Shown piece after piece: positions 11,428 through 23,785 of a stretch of 64,000 bases of DNA. The stretch is from Amphiscolops sp. MND2022 (taxonomy: Eukaryota): positions 16,060,001 to 16,124,000 of the forward strand of contig OZ076409.1 in NCBI GenBank assembly GCA_964187785.1, read 5' to 3'. Made by a program: the position numbers and the translations under genes. Position 1 is the first letter of the stretch, and each line of letters starts with the position of its first letter. The notes under the pieces were generated by a model. That model made no database searches. It had not been told where the DNA came from and saw only the letters and a list, made by a program, of their open reading frames with translations.

Positions 11428-13775
11428 ACGCCGCCGCCGCCATAAAGCAAGAGAACTCTTGCAACACTTGAGTAGGACACTACATGACCACTTGTTTGCT
11501 TTTATTTCATCACAATAACTCCAATATCCAATTTCAAATATTCAATTGTTTCAACGAATTTCCTTCCTCCGTCTCCTGTCAAACTCTGGACTGGACGCTT
11601 AGCCAGAGCAAGTTACTTGCCCGAACTGCCGGCTACATAAAATCTACTTCATTTATTGTTGCTTTCGTGAATCCTCACATTCGTTTGTTCGATAATGAAG
11701 ACTGCTCTGATGATGCTTTCCCTCCTAATAAGGAAGTGTGACGAACCACCCAACCTCGTTTCAGCCTTATTGCCTGATTTCCTGCCAAGGCCTTATTCTT
11801 GTGAGCCCCTGCAGCTGTATAACGAGAAATGGCCGCCTCCTGTTTGCCACAATTACCAATATTTTCTCATTCCAAATACGGACGCTCTTAAAATTTATAA
11901 TGATGCCCTTATTTACCGGCAACCACGTGAAGTTTTTTAATTTGAAACACTCTTTTTTTACTTTTACCCAAAACCATAGTTTGAGCTCTCTAAAACTTAC
12001 GGAATTATTGGTTAAATACAGTTTTAGGGTGGTGCCGGACATCAAGTCCGGTCCGGTATTCGGCCGAATTTCAGAAAAATGTCCGTTCCCCTACCCGAAG
12101 TAAAACATCGAATTTCTTATAAAAATTTTTTAGAATTTCATCTAGTTTACATTAGTTTTTTTTAATTTCTGAGAAAAATTGAGAAAGTTACAAGTAGCTG
12201 ATTTTGAGCCAAATTCGGACTTTTTGCCGTTTTTCCAATTTTTGACCGCTTTATCCACAGTTTTTTGGGGGAGTTTCATGTTCAATTAACTCCAGAAGTC
12301 TACTGAATTCATTGATGCATTTTGATTTCAAAATAGATGAACCGTTTCCGAATTATCAGGCTCAAAAGGTAAAATTTCCTCAATTTGCGTAAATTTCACT
12401 TGATGCGCCAATCAAAAATGAAAGTGAGAGCAAATAAACAATTTTGATTGGCTGAGAACGTCATAAGGGGACGATCTTTTAATCACAGTACTGTATTTAA
12501 AGGACTTGAGCATAGCTAACACCCTACTGAACTTGCAGAAAAAGTTGGAGGGAAATTAAAACACATCAGGGTCTGTGTTGAAAGTATGGTAAGAAAGTAT
12601 TGTGTTGTTGAAATCTGTAAATTCATAACCACCAAAACATTTAAAACGTGTACCAAAAATATTCTGTGGCTTTTTCAGAAAAATCTCATGAGCCACACAA
12701 TACCGAAAAGTCTCATACATCTTTGCTGCAATTCAAATAAAATAATCAATGGAAAAACCCTTTGTGTTCCCTTTTTAGACCTTAAGGGTAAATGTCCGTA
12801 AAAAATGAACCATTCAGACTTTCTTTGATGTGTCGAAAAATGCTCCGGTGTACATCTCCGTTTTTATTAAAAGAAAATTCAAATCACTTGTAATTTCGCT
12901 GAGCTTTGAATAGGAACCCAGATTATTCGTACTTGAACGTGATTGGTTGCCGGTGAAGGAGCTGTAGGAATATTCTAGAATCAGTGATCACTTGTTTCTG
13001 TAGACGACACTTAATTGCATTCCACTGGTTTTGGTGCTCACTTTAACTGTTTCCTCTTCCTCCCTTTAACCACTGCTGCTGTTTGCTTTGCTGTATCTGC
13101 TTTTCTCTGCAGCCCAGCAACCTTCAAGTTAAGTCTTCAGATGTAAAATTAAATGTTACAATTTGTTAGTTAGTAGTTTATATCCAGTATTTCTCAAAAT
13201 GGAACTGGAACATGTGTTTCGAGTGCTGAAAAAACAATAAGCATAGAGTTTGTTAATAGCAAAATTTGGCGAAGCATCATGAATGCCGAGTGAAACACTT
13301 GTTTGATACTATGACCATATAATGAAAAATAATGTTTACTCCATGTGATGACCATGTTACCATACAATGACCATGTCAACCCGGGTATACAAACCAAGGA
13401 TTTTCATCTGTGAAGTTATGAATTATCGGAGTTTCGAATAGGTTACGACCTATTATGGTTTTTTCCAATGATAGGTTACTCGTATGGAAATTATGATAAT
13501 CTCCATTTTCAATTCTGCCATTAGTCACCACGGATATGATTTATCCATCCCAATTTCTGTAACGTCGTCAGATTTGATCTAGTTCATTGACTCCAGTTTA
13601 ACATATTGAAGGTAACTATGAGCCGAAAAGCATTTAAATCGCATTGCTTTTATTCTGTACAGTACTCAATTGCTCACAAGGTTTTGAAAGTTATCTCACA
13701 ATAACTTTTGATGGTTAGTAGTTGTGCACATTGTCATAACTGCACATCGCAAGCATGGGAGTAGGTTGTATTTTA

Positions 13776-13850
13776 TGGTGGAGCCCGGGATTCAAACCCA
13801 GGCACCTTGGGGATGAAAATCAGGTATCTAACCTCTAGGCCACGAGACCG
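13776..13850 (-). pseudogene. tRNA(Glu-TTC)-like relic ending in an encoded CCA
   Basis: Minus strand reads cggtctcgtggcctagaggttagatacctgattttcatccccaaggtgcctgggtttgaatcccgggctccacca; A-box and B-box-like motifs, imperfect stems. Confidence 0.55.
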
Positions 13851-14517
13851 TCAGTCATCAAAAACGTTCTTTATGTACTAATTAGTACCCGATGAACACA
13901 CCCTCTCCAAACTCCAATTGCAAAATTCGAAATGGTTTTGTTCAGTTCCATTTTGATCCGATAAGCATATCATTCCATCATTCTCTGAATGCTCCTCCAA
14001 TGATGATGTTATTAGGTGACTGAAAATAAAATTCAGCTTCAGAGCGTCCCATTCATGGGTTCTAGAAGTATTTAGCTGTGAATATGAACTTGGCAATACC
14101 AATAAGCACATGGAGAAGCATTGAAATTTATAGGGTAAAAGTTACAATTCACTCAAATTTCGATGCTATGTACTGTCGGTTGTAAATTGTTATAATGTCC
14201 AATGTCGCTTAATTTCCAATTTTGCCTTCGGAACCAGTGCGTAGAAAGTTTGGAAAGTTAATCATTACTTTTATTTTAGTCTTTTATTTCTGTATTTACT
14301 ATAATTTTTCAATACAATTATTCACCATCATGCGTTTTGTCTTACTGAAACTTGCGCGCGAGAGTTTTTGTTTAGGAGTCGGAACAAAAGTTTCAACTAT
14401 TTATGCGATCGTACCTTTTTCTATCCCGACTTTCCAATGAAAATTTCAAATTTCTCAAACCAAAGAGAAATAGGTTTTAAAAAATAAATTTTGTAACTTT
14501 CCACGGGGATCAGAAAG

Positions 14518-15100
14518 ATGTGTGCTCACATCAACGTACGTCAAGGTCTTTTGTGTTCATTTTTAGCTAACTACGTACTGGCGTTTTCTTCACTGGATAA
14601 AGTTGCTGCTCTCTGGGTCCCTATCACCTACAAAACGTACGGAAAACCAAACATTGCTGTTTGGACAACAATATCTTTGCAAGCGTCAGTGCAATTTTGT
14701 GCTTTCCAGTATTTACAATGTATGACCTCATTGAAGGTGACTGTTTTGTGGCTAGTAGTGGAATTTTCACTGAAAAACAAAAAACTATGCGTTCTGGATT
14801 ACGTTTGTTGGGTTAATCGGAGTTCCACTTTTGAGCATTTTGATATCGGATTCTTTGATAGTTTACGAGTTGAAAAAAAATGAAAGGGGCAGTGAGCAGA
14901 CAAGAAAGAGAGGTAACAATTTCGTTGGTGGGAGCGACAGTATGTTTCCTTGTTTTGAACTTGGGGATAGGAAGCTGTCTCGTTACAACGGCACTATTCA
15001 AAACCGACACTCATTGACATTACCGCATCACTGGAATGTTGAACGTTTTGGCATTAGGTATTTTTATGAGCTACTTGAAGACACCTTGAATGTATAACGC
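14518..15100 (+). pseudogene. Class A (rhodopsin-like) GPCR pseudogene fragment, TM3-TM6
   Basis: LAFSSLDKVAALWVPITYK (TM3/ICL2), IGVPLLSILISDSLIVYELKK (TM5) and SRQEREVTISLVGATVCFLVLNL (TM6) lie in different frames. Confidence 0.6.
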
Positions 15101-16236
15101 CTAGGGAGTCGTAGGACATTATTCATAGAAACATGTTATAGTCTACATTGTTTTTTTATTCAAAAACATTTGCTGCAACGTTTTCCATTCAATTTTTGGT
15201 CAGTTCGCGTACTAGTGTTTCGAGTGGCTACAAGCGATATTCAACCAGAGACAACAAATTGGCAGAGAATCGAGAATATGATATCGAGTGAGAGCAATAA
15301 TTCGCTAAATATAAAAATATTAACATTGGAGAAGTCTTTTTTGGTTAACGGACAATTGTTCTTTCAATTGAAAAAAGGTCAATTAGCGCCCTCAGAAGTG
15401 CTTGACTTGACCAAAATTGAGAACAACATTCTAAAGGTTTTGGTATTCAAGATCAACTCATATGTTGAACTCGCTGTGAAATGAGACGATCAAAAACTTC
15501 GTAAAGGAATTGGCACGTTAAATGTAGAAATCCGAAACATCGAGTCCAACTGTAGCATTTTCTTTCCGTCTAAAAATTGGATACTGATTGAATGAAAAGG
15601 CTTGAAAAGATTTTATATAAAGATGTAATTGCGAGAGCGAAGCGACGTGCCGCACAAGCTGGCTGTAACGAAGTGAAAAACAATCATTACTTGTAACAAG
15701 CGTTAAGTTGTCTACATTCCGACAGTCTTTCTAATGCAACTGTTTCATTGATTTCATATAAGTCTAATGAGTGTATGATTTTCATCTTTGAATATAAAGG
15801 CATTGGATTTTCGTATTCAGATTTTCTCGTATGTAGCAAAACTTAGTCATTTGCATATTGTAGATAAAAAACAATCGGTTTTCACTTTTTGAAAGCACTT
15901 TTATTGTTTTGAATTTTTCATCTTTCTTTTTTGAGCTTGCGTATCATAATGACACTTTCACCCGATGTTCCTATCGGGTGCAGGACCTGCATCACATTTC
16001 GAACTAAATTTACGTTCATTCATAATTCATAATTTTTCGTCTTTTAAGGAATGAAAAATCAGTTTTCGCATGGAAAACATTCAACAATTTTTACTATTAA
16101 CTAATGAATACTGGTGAAAAATACTTTTCACTGCGCTTAAAGGTTGATATGAGTTTCTCTGCGTGGTGACTAGAGCTGGAAAGCAGGTTTACGTGAATTC
16201 GAATTGACTATTCAAATATTGACTATTGAAATAATC

Positions 16237-16640
16237 CCGAAATGGCTGATTTTAGTGTACTTTATATGGCACAAGTTCTGTCGGTTTGAAAAATTGTTGA
16301 TTGTCGAGCATTTTGGTTTTTATTTGTCTTTAACTCTCAAAATGACTCACTTTAGTGTACTTCCATAGGTAATGTAGGTGATGAGTTCTGTCGTTTCTCA
16401 AAAATTGTTATTTCCAGCATTTTAACTTTTCAATTGTCTTTAACTCACAAAATGGCCTACTTTAGTGTACTTAAATAGGGGATAGGTTCTGTCGGTTTGA
16501 AAAATAGTTGATTATGTCCAGCATCTTAGTTTTTATTTCTTTTTAACTCTCAAAATGGCTTACTTCAGTGTACCTCCATGGGGGATAAGTTCTGAAAAAT
16601 TGGTGATTATATCCAACATTTTAATTTTTCAAATGTCTAA
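16237..16640. repeat. ~102-bp satellite, block 1 (~4 monomers)
   Basis: Monomer ctttaactctcaaaatggcttactttagtgtacttccataggggataagttctgtcggtttgaaaaattgttgattatgtccagcattttagtttttatttgt. Confidence 0.9.
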
Positions 16641-19600
16641 TTCTCCAAAGGTATTAGTTTTGATTAATTTTTTAAGAGACCTCCTATGTTTGATTGAAAA
16701 AATGTCGCTTATTTGCGGAAATTTGGTGAATAGTTCGTCTTTGTCGCATAAAATGGTTTTGTTTAGTATTCTTCCGTTTTTTTATTATTCTTTCGGTTCC
16801 TTGTGCAAATTTTGTCTTCCTCTGATTTGCTATTTGGTAATTTCACCACTCTCATCAGAAATTGCAACACCAGATGAGATTTCAACAAGGAACAGGAAAT
16901 TGGATTCGAAGGATCTTCGGGAGCAGCTTGGAATAGTTTTGAAGAACTACGAGACCAAGATTGGAACTTTGCTTTGCCGAAAAAATCGAGTAGAATCTGG
17001 ATCAATTAATTAATTGATTCCTAATCAATTGAAAAATTTAGTCGCTTAAAGCTAAAAGTAGCTGACAGCTAGACCCGAGCCGAATTGCTGAACGGATGCC
17101 CTCTACAATGGTCTGAAAATCAAACTGAAGAACAAACAAGATATCACGAGCATTGAAGCCTCACAGATCTAAATCCAGCAGGAACAGAAGCTAAACTAAT
17201 ACACGAACTAAAAGCATCAGTTGATGCACGATCCTTGTTAAAATGTTCATCAAGTTCCACGCCTTTTAAGAGAAAGCCACAAATGCTCAATCGAAATGAA
17301 ACCCCAAAACAGAATATTTAAAAGCAGCACGTGAATGACTAATTTTTGAAAAGGAAAGAACCTCTTGTGTGTGATGGGAAAGAGAAAGAGACTGGAAAAG
17401 AAAGTAAACCCAGGTCAAAAAGTGAAAGTGTCAATTTACGGTTGCTGTACAACAAGTGAGCATTTGATCTGAAGGGACATAGAATGATTCAATAACCTGA
17501 ATTTTTAATGAAATTTCACACTCATCCACATTCCTAGATACAGTACATCTAAAATGCCTACCTTTGACGGGTCCTGTAAATATCCAATCTTATAATGTAC
17601 CAAGCAAACATTCTTAAACACATGCCATTGGTTTTGATCTATACAGATTGTTCTTATACAAAAGTCAGCTCAAATACGCAAGCAAGGTTTTTTAAAATTT
17701 ATCAAATATTGAACCACCGTTGAAAAAATTAATAGCCAATGTTTGCTCATCCGTAGAAATTTCAAATTCCATTAATCTCAAATTCATCAATCCTCTTCAA
17801 ATGTTTTTAGTCGGCGCCTTTTAACAAGTTTTTTCCTTTTTTCGTCAGATAACAATGTATGCGTAGTGGACACTTTTTACAGAACTACTAAACTACTGGA
17901 CCGGCAAACGGAAACGCATCTAAGTTAGTGCAAAGGGTCTCCTCTTTTATTTACTCCTTATGTAAGATACTTTTTAGCGTAAGATACAAAACCGGACGAG
18001 ACTATAGGGTCCCCCTTTGAGTTTTTTCGGCGACTTTTTTGATTTTTTTGTCGCCAAATTGTCTCCCCTTCAAATTTTTTGATATTTTGCAGCAAACTGA
18101 AGTATCAAAAAGCCTAAAGGGTCCCTCCTTTCAAGTTTTTCGGCACTATTAGACTGTTTCAAAATTCGCATTTTTCGTTTTTTCGATTTTTTAAAAATGT
18201 CTCCGAAGGGTCCTCCTATTTTTTTGATATTTTGCAACACTTGATTATCAAAAAGCCGAAAGGGTCCCCCTTTTACAATTTTAAAAACTTTGCGGTTTTT
18301 GAGTCTCAGAGATAACGCCGACTTTAGATGTTCCCGTCTTGTTGAAGAGTAAGAACGTCTTCGGTAGAATTCGCCTGCGTTGACCTAATTTCCTCTACTG
18401 GATCATCTATCGACCTTTGTTCGGAAATATTCTTAGTAATGTCTTGAACTTCAAGACTTAATCGTTCAATTTTTCTGTGAATACTTCTAAAAAACTGTCT
18501 ACCAGCTTCTTTTTCAGTATTGGTTAAAATATTCCGAGATATCTTGCTTGGATTACTAAGTGTCGCACCAAAAAACTCCTCAGCAAAAAACATCGTATTT
18601 ATAATTGCTGTCAAATTTCCCTTTCATTTTAAAGGACAAAGCATCCTTTATAGGGAAATCTTTTCAAATGATCGATGTTTGAAGCAAGGATTTTTTAAAA
18701 GGATCCTTTGAAGGAAAATAAAAAGGGTGATCCCTGATTACGTGGATTCGAGTCTCGCACTAAACCAATTTTTATGCTTGCAAAAAAGTAGAGGGGAGAC
18801 CAAAGGGTCCCACTTTGGTTTTTCTGCACTCTGCTACTTTTCTCCCCGAAGTTTTTTCAATCAAAGTGCCACTTTGCTTTTTAGCGGAAACAAAGCATTT
18901 TCCGAGCATATAGGATCGTTTTAGGTTTTTTGGCACAATTCGATTTACCGAACAATTTTGCAAACGTCTGAAAAAAGTTTTGTGTGAGGAAAACATATTT
19001 TTGAGTCCTAAGGGTGAACTTTGATTGTTTTGGTTCTGTGGAGCTGATGAAAGTTTTCTGAATAATTGTGGAAAAGATCAACGGTTTTCTTTCGACACTG
19101 AGCGACTTTTTCTTGGAAAATATTTTATTATTTCTGCGATAGCAGGAATATTATTGAAACCTCAAAATGTCTACATTTTTGTTCAGTAAAATTTTTCGCA
19201 CGAAACTGAATAATTCAGAAGTTTTGTTCGGCAATGAGTGTGAGCGAGAGATTTAAATTTCTCAAGCTGCTGAAGACAATTCAATTCTCGTGCAATGAAG
19301 CGAGCGAGTGTTCAGCAGTGAGTGTAAGCAAGAGATTTAAAATTCTCAAGCTGCCGAAGACAATTCAGCTTAGTAGTTATTACACTTGCGATAAGCAAAT
19401 GTTATGGGAAAGTGCGGGTGCTTTTTTTCCGCGCGACAACTCTCTCGTTTCAGACCGCAAGTCGCATAATTCAGACTTTTTTGGTCTAGCGGTAAGATAC
19501 TTGCTTTTCAACCCAGAGGGTCCGGGTTCGAACCCGTGCCTATGCGCTAATTTTTTCACAAAATTTTCGAAGCAGAAGATTCTCACTTTTTTCGACAATA

Positions 19601-20659
19601 TGAGACCCCCCCTCCCCTTTTTCGGCTTTTTGAGACTTATTTTCGAAAATTTTTTAATGTCCCCAAAGGGTCCTCCCTTCATTTTTTTGATATTTTGCAA
19701 CAGAACGAGCGTTAAAAAATTCAAAAGGGTCTCTTCTTTCAGATTTTTCGGCACTACGAGACTGTTAAAAATTCGCATTTTTTTCGAAAATTTTTCGAAG
19801 TCTCCAAATGGTCCCCCTTCAATTTTTTTGAAATATCGCAAAAGAATGGATGTTCAAAAATCTCAAAGAACCCCCTTTCACAGTTTTCGGCCTTGTGAGG
19901 CTTTTCAAAAGTAATAATTTTTGTCTTAAAGTTAGGTTTTCTCAGGCCGAGCAAGCTATATCCGATTTTTTTTCAAAGACCGGTGTTTTTCATATGCGAC
20001 TTTTTCAATTCTTTTTCATCGAAGTCCCCCCTCAATTTTTACCAAAAATGAAACGTTTTGCGACTCTAATGGACTCGTCAAGGTTTTCGGCACTATGCGA
20101 CTTCAAAAAAATTGCCGGTAACCTTCAAAAAAAATTTTCGAAAATTTTTTGGAAAAATTTTTGAAAAAAATTCAAAAAAAATTTTCCTTCAATTTTCTGT
20201 TTGTTTTTAAAGTTCTCCGTTGAGGAAGATAGGTTTTTTGCTGTTTTTAGTTGGGGAACAATGGTTTTCTAGACTTACGCCCATCCCTTCGGGTGTTTTT
20301 TGGCGCTGTAAAATTGATGAATTTTTAACATACTCCTTTTACACTTGGTTCTACGTATGATATTGCTTATTTGGTTTTCAAAACTTCGCAAGTGTTTGCG
20401 AAGCACAGCTTCGCCTCTGTGTAATATTTTTGGTCCGAGAACAATTAAAGGCGGTATAAACTGGTTCAGTAATTAATTGTTCGCTAAATAATGATTGAAC
20501 AGTTTAGTGATATTCAAGATATGATTCTATAATTGAAAATGAAAGATAGAAGGGAGTGTGTTGATAGTCCAGATATGATTTTATTATTGAAAATAAAAAA
20601 GGAGTGTAGTGAACATTCTACGTCTGATTGGAAATTTGTTTTGAATAACCGGCTTTTCA

Positions 20660-23600
20660 CCATTGTTAACTTCCATAGGGGATAAGTTCTCTCGGTTTGG
20701 AAAATTGTTGATTATTTCCAGCATTTTAACTGTTTAAATGTCTTTAACTCTCAAAATGGCTGACTTCAGTATACTTCCATAGGGGATAAGTTTTGTCGGT
20801 TTTGAAAAATTGTTAATTGGGTCCAGCATTTAAGTCTTTAATATTCAAAATGGCTTACTTCAGTATACTTCCATAGGGGACAAGTTCTGCCGGTTTGGAA
20901 AATTGTTGATTAGGTCCAGCAGCATTTTAGTTTTTTATCTGTCTTCAACTCAAAATGGCTTACTTTAGTGTACTTCTATATGGAAAAAGTTCTGTCGGTT
21001 TGAAAAACCGTTGATTATGTCCAGCATTTTAGTTTTTATTTCCCTTAAAGTCTCAAAATGGCTTACTTTAGTGTACTTCTATAGGGAATAAGTTCTGTCG
21101 GTTTGAAAAATTGTTTATTATGTCCAGCATTTTAGTTTTTCATTTGTCTTTAACTCACAAAATGGCTTACTTTAGTGTACTTCTATATGGAATAAGTTCT
21201 CTCGGTTTGAAAAATTGTTGATTATTTCCAGCATTTTACCTTTTTAAACGTCTTTAACTCTCAAAATGGCTGACTTCAGTATACTTCCATAGGGGATAAG
21301 TTTTGTCGGTTTGAAAAATTGTTGATTAGGTCCAGCATTTAAGTCTTTAACTCTCAAAACCGCTTACTTCAGTATACTTCCATATAGATGATAGCAGCAT
21401 TTTAGTTTTTTATCTGTCTTTAACACAAAATGGCTTATTTTAGTGTACTTCTATATGGAATAAGTTCTGTCGATTTGAAAAATTGTTGATTATGTCAAGC
21501 ATTTTAGGTTTTTATTTGTCTTTAACTCTCAAAATGGCTTACTTTAGTGTACTTCCATAGGGGATAAGTGCTGCCGGTTTGGAAAACTGTTGATTAGGTC
21601 CAGCAGCATTTTAGTTTTTTATCTGTCTTTAACTCAAAATGGCTTACTTTAGTGTACTTCTATAGAGAAAAGTTCTGTCGGTTTGAAAAATTGTTTACTA
21701 TGTCCAGCATTTAAGGTTTTTATTTGTCTTTAACTCTCAAAATGGCTTACTTTAGTGTATTTCTATATGAAATAAGTTCTCTCGGTTTGAAAAATTGTTG
21801 ATTATTTCCAGCAATTTAACTTTTTAAATGTCTTTAACCCTCAAAATGGTTTACTTCAGTATACTTCCATAGGTGATAAGTTTTGTCGGTTTGAAAAGTT
21901 GTTGATTAGGTTCAGCATTTAAGTCTTTAACTCTCAAAATGGCTTACTTCAGTATACTTCCATAGGGGATAAGTTCTGCAGGTTTGGAAAAATGTTGATT
22001 AGGTCCAGCAGCATTTTAGTTTTTTATCTGTCTTTAACTCAAAATGGCTTACTTTAGTGTACGTCTATATAGAATAAGTTCTGTCAATTTGAAAAACTGT
22101 TGATTATGTAAAGCATTTTAGGTTTTTATTTGTCTTTAACTCTCAAAATGGCATACTTTGGTGTACTTTCATAGTGGATAAAGTCTCTCAGGTTTGAAAA
22201 ATTGTTGATTATTTCCAGCATTTTAACTTTCCAAATGTCTTTAACTCTCAAAATGGCTTACTTTAGTGTATTTCCATAGGGGATAAGTTCTGTCGGTTTG
22301 AAAAATTGTTGATTATGTCCAGCAATTTAACTTTTTAAATGTCTTTAACTCTCAAAAAGGCAGACTTTAGTGTACTTCTATATGGAATAAGTTCTGTCGG
22401 TTTGAAAAGCTGTTGATTATGTCAAGCAATTAACTCTTTAACTCTCAAAATGGCTCTCTTCAGTATACTTCCATAGAAGATAAGTTCTGCAGGTTTGGAA
22501 AGTTGTGGATTAGGTCCACCAGCATTTTAGTTTTTCATCTGTCTTTAACTCAAAATGGCTTACTTTAGTGTACTTCTATATGGAATAAGTTCTGTCGGTT
22601 TGAAAAGCTGTTGATTATGTCAAGCATTTTAGGTTTTTATTTGTCTTTAACTCTCAAAATGGCAAACTATAGTGTACTTCCATAGTGGATAAGTTCTCTC
22701 AGGTTTGAAAAATTGTTGATTATGTTCAGCATTTTGGTTTTTTTTATTTTTCTTTAACTCTCAAAATGACTCACTTTAGTGTACTTCCATAGGTGATAAG
22801 TTCTGTCGTTTCTAAAAACTGTTGAATATTTCCAGCATTTTAACTTTTCAATTGTCTTTAACTCACAAAATGGCCTACTTTAGTGTACTTAAATAGGGGA
22901 TAAATTCTGTCGGTTTGAAAAATAGTTGATTATGTCCAGCATTTTAGTTTTTTATTTGTCTTTAACTCTCGAAATGGCTGACTTTCATGTACTTCTATAT
23001 GGAATAAATTCTGTCGGTTTGAAAAATTGTTGATTGTCGAGCATTTTAGGTTTTTATTTGTCTTTAACTCTCAAAATGGCTTACTTTAGTGTACTTCCAT
23101 AGAGATAAGTTCTCTCGGTTCAAAAAATTGTTGAAAATTTCCTGCATTTTAACTTTTCAAATGTCTTTAACTCTCAAAATGGCTTACTTCAGTATACTTC
23201 CATAGGGAATAAATACTCTCGGTTTGAAAAATTGTTGATTATGTCCAGCATTTCGGTTTTTTACTTGTCTTTAACTCTCAAAATGACTCACTTTAGTGTA
23301 CTTCCATAGGTGATAAGCTCTGTCGGTTTGAAAAAGAGTTGATTATGTCCAGCATTTTAGTTTTTTATTTGTTTTTAACTCCCGAAATGGCTGATTTTAG
23401 TGTACTTTATATGGAACAAGTTCTGTCGGTTTGAAAATTTGTTGATTGTCGAGCATTTTGGTTTTTATTTGTCTTTAACTCTCAAAATGACTCACTTTAG
23501 TGTACTTCCATAGGTAATGTAGGTGATGAGTTCTGTCGTTTCTCAAAAATTGTTATTTCCAGCATTTTAACTTTTCAACTGTCTTTAACTCACAAAATGG

Positions 23601-23785
23601 CCTACTTTAGTGTACTTAAATAGGGGATAGGTTCTGTCGGTTTGAAAAATAGTTGATTATGTCCAGCATCTTAGTTTTTATTTCTTTTTAACTCTCAAAA
23701 TGGCTTACTTCAGTGTACCTCCATGGGGGATAAGTTCTGAAAAATTGGTGATTATATCTAACATTTTAATTTTTCAAATGTCTAA
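20660..23785. repeat. ~102-bp satellite, block 2 (~31 monomers)
   Basis: Head-to-tail diverged monomers, including shorter ~91-bp variants; no spacers. Confidence 0.95.

Noticed and set aside
12025..12526. Second hAT MITE (tagggtggt ... aacacccta)
   Set aside because: Only an 8/9 terminal match and no target-site duplication.
16555..17013. Repeated 152-aa ORF (also 23700, 28096, 36460)
   Set aside because: It starts inside a satellite monomer and recurs only because of the DNA duplication. The 3' part may be a decayed coiled-coil exon, but I cannot support that.
19234..20164. F/K-rich ORFs of 100-226 aa (also 5753-6412, 26384-27048, 30780-31444)
   Set aside because: Artefacts of homopolymer-rich repeat DNA; frames are not conserved between copies.
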